Shown: positions 57,262-64,000 of the stretch, one piece after another
How the letters are laid out: each line of letters starts with the position of its first letter
Numbering within the stretch: position 1 is the first letter of the stretch
Assembly (NCBI GenBank): GCA_030696695.1
Contig: JAUYRP010000001.1
Location: forward strand, 70,775-134,774
DNA length: 64,000 bases
Source of the DNA: Methylophilus sp.
GTDB lineage: Bacteria > Pseudomonadota > Gammaproteobacteria > Burkholderiales > Methylophilaceae
Direction of reading: 5' to 3'
Notes under the pieces: generated by a model
The model's input: only the letters and a program-made list of their open reading frames with translations
What the model was told of the DNA's origin: nothing
Database searches by the model: none
Translations under genes and position numbers: made by a program

Positions 57262-58671
57262 CTAATAGCGATAGCTTTCTGGCTTGTATGGTCCTTGCTT
57301 AGAAACACCAATGTAAGCGGCCTGCGCATCGGTTAACTCTGTAAGTTGCGCGTTGAGTTTTTTCAATTGCAACACGGCTACTTTCTCATCCAAATGTTTA
57401 GGTAGGGTATACACGCCGACTGGATAATTTGCAGTTTGTGTAAATAACTCAATTTGTGCAATGGTCTGATTCGCAAAACTTGAACTCATGACATAGCTCG
57501 GATGGCCAGTGCCACAGCCCAGATTCACCAAACGACCTTTTGCCAACAGAATAATACGTTTGCCATCCGGGAAAATCACGTGATCGACCTGTGGTTTGAT
57601 TTCTTCCCATTGATATTTTTCAACGGATGCAACGTCAATCTCGTTATCGAAATGGCCGATATTACACACAATCGCTTGGTCTTTCATTTTTGCCATGTGG
57701 TCATGGGTAATGACATGGTAATTGCCCGTTGCAGTGACAAAGATATCGGCATGTTCTGCCGCATAATCCATGGTCACCACACGGTAACCTTCCATGGCGG
57801 CTTGCAATGCACAAATAGGGTCAATTTCAGTCACCCACACTTGGGCAGATAAAGCACGCAATGCTTGTGCTGAGCCTTTACCTACATCGCCATAACCAGC
57901 CACAACCGCCACTTTACCTGCAATCATCACGTCGGTGGCACGTTTGATCCCATCCACTAATGACTCACGGCAACCGTATAAATTGTCGAATTTAGATTTT
58001 GTAACAGAATCATTCACGTTGATAGCTGGGAAAGCTAACTTGCCTTCTTTGTGCATTTGATACAAACGATGCACGCCTGTAGTGGTCTCTTCTGTGACGC
58101 CTTTCACTTTGCTCAAGCGCGTTGAGTACCAAGTAGGATCTACTTTTAATTTTTCTTTGATAGAGTTAAATAGACAGATCTCTTCTTCTGAACCAGGATT
58201 TGCCAATACAGAAGCATCTTTTTCAGCACGTGTACCTAGGTGCAACAACAAAGTTGCATCGCCACCGTCATCTAAAATCATGTTGGTATAACCACCATCA
58301 GTCCATTCAAAAATGCGGTGTGTGTAATCCCAATACTCTTCTAGTGACTCACCTTTTACTGCAAACACTGGCGTGCCTGTTGCCGCAATTGCCGCCGCTG
58401 CGTGGTCTTGAGTAGAGTAGATATTGCAAGAAGCCCAACGCACATCTGCGCCTAGGTCTTTCAGCGTTTCAATGAGTACAGCGGTTTGAATGGTCATGTG
58501 AAGTGAACCGGTAATACGCGCACCTTTGAGTGGTTGCGCTTTTGCGTACTCTTCGCGAATCGCCATTAAGCCTGGCATTTCAGTCTCGGCAATCGCAATT
58601 TCTTTGCGACCCCAATCAGCCAATGATAAATCGGCAATTACATAGTCTTTGATATCAGCTACAGTATTCAT
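57262..58671 (-). CDS. ahcY: Adenosylhomocysteinase
   Basis: Start set at ATG 58669-58671 ([25 protein letters not shown]) with SD AAGGAAG. NAD fold [10 protein letters not shown]. Confidence 0.96.
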   Translation of the reverse strand: MNTVADIKDYVIADLSLADWGRKEIAIAETEMPGLMAIREEYAKAQPLKGARITGSLHMTIQTAVLIETLKDLGADVRWASCNIYSTQDHAAAAIAATGTPVFAVKGESLEEYWDYTHRIFEWTDGGYTNMILDDGGDATLLLHLGTRAEKDASVLANPGSEEEICLFNSIKEKLKVDPTWYSTRLSKVKGVTEETTTGVHRLYQMHKEGKLAFPAINVNDSVTKSKFDNLYGCRESLVDGIKRATDVMIAGKVAVVAGYGDVGKGSAQALRALSAQVWVTEIDPICALQAAMEGYRVVTMDYAAEHADIFVTATGNYHVITHDHMAKMKDQAIVCNIGHFDNEIDVASVEKYQWEEIKPQVDHVIFPDGKRIILLAKGRLVNLGCGTGHPSYVMSSSFANQTIAQIELFTQTANYPVGVYTLPKHLDEKVAVLQLKKLNAQLTELTDAQAAYIGVSKQGPYKPESYRY

Positions 58672-58759
58672 AATCTTCCTTATTGAATGAAAACTGAGCA
58701 GGGAAAACATACTGGAGGGCCTACGCTCACCTTTATATTCCGTGCTCGCACAGTTATTA

Positions 58760-58832
58760 AAAGTGAACGCCGTTTACAACATCTCTGAGCCTGGGAGCAT
58801 GGGAATGACTCTCGCAGCGTTCCTCAGAAGGA
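58760..58832 (-). promoter_or_regulatory. SAH (S-adenosylhomocysteine) riboswitch in the ahcY leader
   Basis: The minus-strand RNA is CUUCUGAGGAACGCUGCGAGAGUCAUUCCCAUGCUCCCAGGCUCAGAGAUGUUGUAAACGGCGUUCACUU. It shows the class hallmarks: P1 CUGAG/CUCAG, conserved GCUGC...CAGGCUC core, an AACGGCG segment, and the GAACGC/GCGUUC pseudoknot pair. The context is the canonical ahcY-metF. Confidence 0.85.
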
Positions 58833-58836
58833 CAAC

Positions 58837-58865
58837 ATTATATCGTTAAAACAATCATTTGCCAA
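58837..58865 (-). promoter_or_regulatory. Near-consensus sigma-70 promoter driving the SAH riboswitch/ahcY operon
   Basis: On the minus strand, TTGGCA (58860-58865), a 17-nt spacer, then TATAAT (58837-58842). The predicted start lies a few nt before the riboswitch P1. Confidence 0.65.
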
Positions 58866-58867
58866 AA

Positions 58868-60100
58868 TCAGACGTCCGTTGGCGTCCAAAGTTCATGCAC
58901 ATCATGAATTCCCCAAGTGCGCGCTGATTCGTGCCCTACAATTTCATCCATCGCACTTGGTTTAGATAAGTCAACGACCTCTACTTGTATACGCGCTTTT
59001 GATATAGTTGAGAAAAACACCTTCACAATTGGCTGTAGTAAGCTTTTGGTGGATTGATCAATCACCACCGCCAAACGTCCCGACTTGAGGAGCACCACAG
59101 ACCCAACTGGATAAATACCTACACTTCTTACAAACGCTTTAAATACAATTTGATCAAAATGGTTTTTCCATTGCGCCATGCGCTGCAGCGACATGCCTGG
59201 CTCCCAGCCAACTTTATATGGACGATTTGACGTCACTGCATCATACACATCACACACTGCGCCCATCTTTGCGAACAAGCTGATTTGATCGCCTTTTAGG
59301 CGCTTAGGGTAACCTGAGCCATCGATTTTTTCGTGATGATGCAAGCAAACATCCAATGTTACAGGATCATCAATACTGGCTTTTAACAATAATTCATGGC
59401 CTTTTTCTGGATGCAACTTGATCATCGAGAATTCTTGATCGGTCAGCGCGCCAGGCTTGTTGAGTATATCCAGTGGCACGGCTGCTTTACCAATATCATG
59501 CATCAGCCCTGCTAGGCCGGCTTGTTTAATTTCCGTTTCTCCCAGACCCAATTCTTGGGCCAGCGCTGTCATCATCGCGCACACAGCAATAGAGTGCATG
59601 TAGGTATAGTCGTCTTTTGTTTTTAAGCGCACTAAACTAATCAGCGCGCCTTCATTTCGATCGATAGAAGCTGCTATGTCTTCTACCAAAGACATTGCAG
59701 TGTCCACATTGACCACTTTTCCTAATCGCGCATCGTTGAACATGCTGGCGACAGCCCGCTTAGATTCCTTAATAATTCTTGAAGCTTCACGTAGCTCCTG
59801 CGCTGTGGATGATTTTTTTACTTTGACTGGTGCAACTATCTCTGCCTCCACGTCTGGGGCTGGATGTGACTCGGCACTGACAACAGCAACTTGATTTTCT
59901 ACATGGGTTACGGGTAAATCCAAGCCTTTAGCAGTGTCGATCACCACTTGTTTAATAATGCTGGATTGTAGCTTTTTCAAGTCCTGAATATCGTCTAAGA
60001 CAAATTGCGTTTTCCAGAAAGGATGGTCTACCCAGGCACCTTTCAATGAATGGATATACATGCCAATGACAACTTGATGTGTAGAAATGATTTTAAGCAT
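58868..60100 (-). CDS. HD-GYP domain c-di-GMP phosphodiesterase-type protein with DUF3391-like N-terminal domain
   Basis: HDIGK...HHEKIDGSGYP motifs. N-terminal MLKIISTHQVVIGMYIHSLKGAWVDHPFW is typical of DUF3391-HD-GYP proteins. Confidence 0.85.
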   Translation of the reverse strand: MLKIISTHQVVIGMYIHSLKGAWVDHPFWKTQFVLDDIQDLKKLQSSIIKQVVIDTAKGLDLPVTHVENQVAVVSAESHPAPDVEAEIVAPVKVKKSSTAQELREASRIIKESKRAVASMFNDARLGKVVNVDTAMSLVEDIAASIDRNEGALISLVRLKTKDDYTYMHSIAVCAMMTALAQELGLGETEIKQAGLAGLMHDIGKAAVPLDILNKPGALTDQEFSMIKLHPEKGHELLLKASIDDPVTLDVCLHHHEKIDGSGYPKRLKGDQISLFAKMGAVCDVYDAVTSNRPYKVGWEPGMSLQRMAQWKNHFDQIVFKAFVRSVGIYPVGSVVLLKSGRLAVVIDQSTKSLLQPIVKVFFSTISKARIQVEVVDLSKPSAMDEIVGHESARTWGIHDVHELWTPTDV

Positions 60101-60143
60101 ACGAATGATTATATTAGCTCAGCACTCAAACCCTAGATGCAAT

Positions 60144-60172
60144 GAAAAGAGGGCTAAAAAGCCCTCTTTCAT
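60144..60172 (-). terminator. Rho-independent terminator downstream of metK
   Basis: The minus strand reads AGAGGGC-TTTTT-GCCCTCT followed by TTTCATT. Confidence 0.75.
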
Positions 60173-60196
60173 TTACTTAATTGAAATGTTGCATGT

Positions 60197-61360
60197 TTAC
60201 AAACCAGCCGCCGCGCGTAACGCTGCAGCTTTATCAGTCGCCTCCCAAGTAAACTCAGGCTCATCACGACCAAAGTGGCCATACGCTGCTGTTTTTGCGT
60301 AGATTGGGCGCAATAAATCCAGCATTTTGACAATGCCTTTAGGACGTAAATCAAAATGCTCAAGTACCAACGCAGTCAACACTTCGTTCGATACCTTGCC
60401 AGTGCCATAGGTCTCCACCATCACACTGGTAGGTTGTGCCACACCAATCGCGTAGCTCACTTGCACCAAGCACTTGTCAGCCAAACCTGCAGCCACAATA
60501 TTTTTAGCCACATAACGGCCAGCATATGCGGCAGAACGGTCAACTTTAGAAGGATCTTTGCCAGAAAAAGCGCCACCGCCGTGTGGTGCAGCACCGCCAT
60601 AGGTATCAACAATAATTTTACGACCCGTTAAACCACAATCCCCTTGCGGACCACCCACAACAAAACGACCGGTAGGATTGACCAAATATTTGATGTCACC
60701 CTTAATTAACTCTTGCGGCAACATCGGCTTGATGATTTCTTCAATCGTCGCTTCACGAATCGCCTCTAGTGTCATTTCTGGGGCATGTTGTGTAGACACC
60801 AACACGGTATCAATTTTATAGGGCTTGCCATCGACATACTGAATCGTCACTTGTGATTTTGCATCTGGACGTAACCATGGCAAACGACCATCTTTACGCA
60901 ATTGTGATTGGCGCTCCATGATACGGTGGCTGAGCCAAATAGGCAAAGGCATGAGCTGTGGCGTCTCATTCACGGCATAGCCAAACATCAAACCTTGGTC
61001 GCCTGCACCTTGGTCTAGCGGATCATCATTCGCGTTGTCTACGCCTTGTGCAATGTCTGGAGATTGCTTGTCATACGCCACCAGCACAGCACAACCTTTA
61101 TAGTCAATGCCGTACTCAGTATTGTCGTAGCCAATACGTTTAATCGCATCACGTGCGACTTTAATATAGTCCACATTGGCGGTAGTCGTAATTTCACCTG
61201 CCAACACCACTAAGCCAGTATTGGCTAGCGTTTCCGCAGCCACACGTGCGGTAGGGTCTTGCGCTAAAATAGCGTCTAAAATGCTGTCCGATACTTGATC
61301 AGCGAGTTTGTCTGGGTGTCCTTCGGAAACAGATTCGGAAGTAAAAAGATATTGATTCAT
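60197..61360 (-). CDS. metK: S-adenosylmethionine synthase
   Basis: [19 protein letters not shown] and GGGAFSGKD motifs. 387 aa. Confidence 0.97.
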   Translation of the reverse strand: MNQYLFTSESVSEGHPDKLADQVSDSILDAILAQDPTARVAAETLANTGLVVLAGEITTTANVDYIKVARDAIKRIGYDNTEYGIDYKGCAVLVAYDKQSPDIAQGVDNANDDPLDQGAGDQGLMFGYAVNETPQLMPLPIWLSHRIMERQSQLRKDGRLPWLRPDAKSQVTIQYVDGKPYKIDTVLVSTQHAPEMTLEAIREATIEEIIKPMLPQELIKGDIKYLVNPTGRFVVGGPQGDCGLTGRKIIVDTYGGAAPHGGGAFSGKDPSKVDRSAAYAGRYVAKNIVAAGLADKCLVQVSYAIGVAQPTSVMVETYGTGKVSNEVLTALVLEHFDLRPKGIVKMLDLLRPIYAKTAAYGHFGRDEPEFTWEATDKAAALRAAAGL

Positions 61361-61579
61361 GATGCGCCTTGAAAATATAAATTAATAAAGTTTGAAATGA
61401 CACACTGACTAAAGGCTAAAGCAAGTGCATCAGGACAACGAATTTGGTATTGTAGTAGAAATTAAGTTCGCCCCCTATCAAAATTTATCTTGGCTAAATT
61501 TAGCTTAGCAAAATTTACCTAGACAAAAAATTTTCAGGCGTTCAACAACAAAGTAAGACTATGCACTATCATCGGCACT

Positions 61580-62410
61580 ATGAAACTTAACTTTACAAAA
61601 ATGCAGGGCGCTGGCAATGATTTTGTCGTCGTCGACAGCTATACCCAACCTATTACACTCACCACCGAACAGATTCGTCATATTACCAACCGCTATTTTG
61701 GTGTGGGGTGCGACCAATTACTCATGGTAGAAAAAACGGCAACGCCTTTGGTCGATTTTCGCTATCGTATCTTTAATGCAGATGGCGGCGAGGTGGAACA
61801 ATGTGGCAATGGCGCGCGCTGTTTTGTGCGTTATGTGGTTGAAAAAAAACTCACTGTAAAACACGAAATTGTTGTTGAGACCGCCAGTGGCATTATTACG
61901 TTGACGCTTCAAGCCGACGGCCAAGTGACTGTGAATATGGGCGCCCCTAGATTTTTGCCTGCACAAATCCCATTATTGGCTAACGAGCAAAGCACGCTAT
62001 ATCCGCTGGCGCTGTCACATACCACCATCAATATTAGCGCAGTCTCTATGGGCAACCCACATGCGGTGACATTGGTCGACAATGTCGACACTGCACCTGT
62101 TGCTGAATTCGGACCACAAATTGAATCGCACCCCAGCTTCCCGCAGCGGGTTAACGCTGGTTTTATGCAAGTTGTCAGTCCACATGAAATTAATTTACGT
62201 GTCTATGAACGCGGCAGCGGCGAGACCTTGGCTTGTGGTACTGGCGCATGTGCAGCAGCGGTCAGTGGCATACGCCTAGGATTGTTAACCACACCAGTAT
62301 TAGTGAATACACGTGGCGGCATTCTCAACATTGCTTGGGATGGCGATGACAATCCCGTCATGATGACGGGCCCTGCTGAAATCGTGTTTGAAGGCCAAAT
62401 CAATATTTAG
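61580..62410 (+). CDS. dapF: Diaminopimelate epimerase
   Basis: [13 protein letters not shown]. Catalytic Cys contexts [16 protein letters not shown] and [11 protein letters not shown]. Confidence 0.95.
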   Translation: MKLNFTKMQGAGNDFVVVDSYTQPITLTTEQIRHITNRYFGVGCDQLLMVEKTATPLVDFRYRIFNADGGEVEQCGNGARCFVRYVVEKKLTVKHEIVVETASGIITLTLQADGQVTVNMGAPRFLPAQIPLLANEQSTLYPLALSHTTINISAVSMGNPHAVTLVDNVDTAPVAEFGPQIESHPSFPQRVNAGFMQVVSPHEINLRVYERGSGETLACGTGACAAAVSGIRLGLLTTPVLVNTRGGILNIAWDGDDNPVMMTGPAEIVFEGQINI

Positions 62411-62443
62411 TTGAATATTTAATTGCTTATTAGAAAGTCCTGA

Positions 62444-63085
62444 ATGGAAAACGAAATCAAAGCCTATTTAAAAGCGCACCCTGAGTTTTTTGAACACAAT
62501 GCGCATTTGCTCACGGAAATATTTTTACCTAGCCCGCATGGCGAAGGCACAATTTCCTTGGCACAACGTCAACAGTTGGCGCAACGCGACAAAATTCGTG
62601 TATTGGAATCCAAATTTACTGAGCTGATTCTGAACGCGGAAGAAAATGAAACCACCGCAGAAAAAGTGCATCGCCTCACCATTGGCCTGCTAGGCGCCCC
62701 CAACTTCGAGCAACTCAATGCGCATTTATCGGCTTACTTACGCGATTATTTTGAGTTACCCGATAGCCAGCTGAAACTTTGGTCAAGCTCTAGCTTGCTT
62801 GCCGATAATATCAGCGCATTTATTGTGGCGGATGATGCCCTTAAAAACTGGGCGAAAGACTTAACCCAACCCTATTGTGGCCCAATGCCGAGTATAGACA
62901 TTGCCGATTGGTTTACTGAAACACCCGCTTCGATTGCGATTATTCCGATGCGTGGCAAAGAAACATTTGGGGTGCTGGTATTGCCAAGCGCGCACCCCAC
63001 ACATTTTTACCCAGGCATGGGCACGATGTTTCTTACCCGCATTGGTGAGTTAGTAAGCGCCTCTTTGCTACGCTACATAAACTAA
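62444..63085 (+). CDS. DUF484 protein (YigA-like)
   Basis: 213 aa. Located between dapF and xerC, as in the E. coli dapF-yigA-xerC operon. Confidence 0.7.
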   Translation: MENEIKAYLKAHPEFFEHNAHLLTEIFLPSPHGEGTISLAQRQQLAQRDKIRVLESKFTELILNAEENETTAEKVHRLTIGLLGAPNFEQLNAHLSAYLRDYFELPDSQLKLWSSSSLLADNISAFIVADDALKNWAKDLTQPYCGPMPSIDIADWFTETPASIAIIPMRGKETFGVLVLPSAHPTHFYPGMGTMFLTRIGELVSASLLRYIN

Positions 63086-63097
63086 GATGATGAGGCA

Positions 63098-63979
63098 TTG
63101 GACTACTTAAACCAGTATTTGGATTTTTTACATTTTGAGCGTGGCCTAAGTGATAACACGCGCAATAACTATGCGCGTGATATTCAGCAGTTGATGCAAT
63201 TAAGCCAGCCCGCAGACTTAGCAAGCTTACAGATCACGCAAATCCGCAAATATGTTGCCATCTTGCACGGCAAAGGATTAGGTGGCAAAAGTATCGCGCG
63301 TATGCTCTCAAGTTGGCGCGGTTTTTATGATTACTTAGTACAACGTCATCAGTTCAAGCACAACCCTGTGATTGGCATGCGCGCGCCTAAGTCTACCAAG
63401 ACCTTGCCTCAGGCATTGTCGATAGAGCAAGCCAGTAAATTGGTAGATATTGTTGAAGATGATGCGCTGAGTCAGCGTGATCATGCCATTTTGGAGCTCT
63501 TTTACTCGTCTGGTTTGCGACTTAGCGAGTTGGTTGGCCTGAATATAGACCACATCGATTTTGCTGAGGGCACAGTGATTGTCACTGGTAAAGGCAATAA
63601 AACACGTATTGTGCCTTTGGGTGCGCATGCTGCCAATGCGATTCAAACTTGGCTGCCCGTACGCGCACAAATGCTGATGCGAAACCCAAGTGAAAAAGCG
63701 GTATTTATTAGCAAGCAAGGGCGTCGTATCTCTGGGCGAAATATTGAATATCGCTTGAAAGCATGGTCGATTAAGCAGGGTTTACACACAGCTGTGCATC
63801 CACATATGCTTCGCCATAGCTTTGCCACGCACGTGTTGCAATCCAGTGGTGATTTGCGTGCGGTGCAAGAAATGTTAGGCCATGCCAACATTAGCACCAC
63901 GCAGGTGTATACACACTTAGATTACCAACATCTGACCAAAGTGTACGACTCCGCACACCCGCGTGCCAAGAAGAAGTAA
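63098..63979 (+). CDS. xerC: Tyrosine recombinase XerC
   Basis: Catalytic motifs ...LELFYSSGLRLSEL..., HMLRHSFATHVL and GHANISTTQVYTH. TTG start inferred. dapF-yigA-xerC synteny. Confidence 0.9.
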   Translation: MDYLNQYLDFLHFERGLSDNTRNNYARDIQQLMQLSQPADLASLQITQIRKYVAILHGKGLGGKSIARMLSSWRGFYDYLVQRHQFKHNPVIGMRAPKSTKTLPQALSIEQASKLVDIVEDDALSQRDHAILELFYSSGLRLSELVGLNIDHIDFAEGTVIVTGKGNKTRIVPLGAHAANAIQTWLPVRAQMLMRNPSEKAVFISKQGRRISGRNIEYRLKAWSIKQGLHTAVHPHMLRHSFATHVLQSSGDLRAVQEMLGHANISTTQVYTHLDYQHLTKVYDSAHPRAKKK

Positions 63980-64000
63980 TCATTGCATTTGTAAAACAGA

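Noticed and set aside
58672-58710. N-terminal extensions offered by the ORF track for ahcY, and likewise pepN (20747-20830), the BepA-like gene (26148-26189), lptB (33271-33333), hpf (35697-35741), the LysM gene (53115-53189) and the 44011 gene
   Set aside because: The internal ATGs give family-typical N-termini or signal peptides and have Shine-Dalgarno sequences. The extensions overlap upstream genes or regulatory RNA, as with the SAH riboswitch leader.
63098-63979. Tyrosine recombinase as a marker of an integrated mobile element
   Set aside because: The conserved dapF-DUF484(yigA)-xerC synteny and XerC-type catalytic motifs indicate the housekeeping chromosome-dimer resolvase. There are no flanking att-like repeats or cargo genes.

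Overview
This is a 64 kb, gene-dense chromosomal segment. About 60 protein genes can be assigned by eye from motifs and conserved gene order. I found no rRNA, tRNA, CRISPR array, transposase or prophage.

Synteny points to a betaproteobacterium. This is inference only, and no search was run. The supporting blocks are purM-perM-hda, kdsD-kdsC-lptCAB-rpoN-hpf-hprK-rapZ, def-fmt-(htpX)-rsmB-DUF4390-ntrYX, dapF-yigA-xerC, and an SAH riboswitch ahead of ahcY-metF. A SoxYZ-fusion carrier of the type recalled from methylotrophs is also present.

Main blocks:
- A 5'-truncated RND efflux permease.
- A minus-strand array with stop/start overlaps or short gaps (3-64 nt): purM, two DUF3108-like paralogues, an RsmB-like methyltransferase, a DAACS transporter and a GNAT.
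- ahpC and ahpF, with an OxyR-type site.
- A BepA-like M48 protease translationally coupled to a Tat-exported SoxY-SoxZ fusion.
- The LPS-transport / sigma-54 / regulatory-PTS supercluster.
- The ntrYX region.
- A methyl-cycle cluster: metK, an HD-GYP gene, SAH riboswitch, ahcY, a DUF360 gene and metF.

The only accessory-looking stretch is about 11.07-14.77 kb, downstream of hda. It holds an orphan three-gene operon: a CheX-like phosphatase, a receiver domain fused to a degenerate CheX-like domain, and a membrane-anchored coiled-coil protein. The operon is flanked by pyrimidine-rich imperfect repeats. It is followed by 1.1 kb of gene-poor DNA containing a perfect 17-bp inverted repeat and an orphan TadE-like ORF. 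This operon and the SoxYZ/BepA pair are the best candidates for uncharacterised biology. Everything else looks like ordinary core genome.
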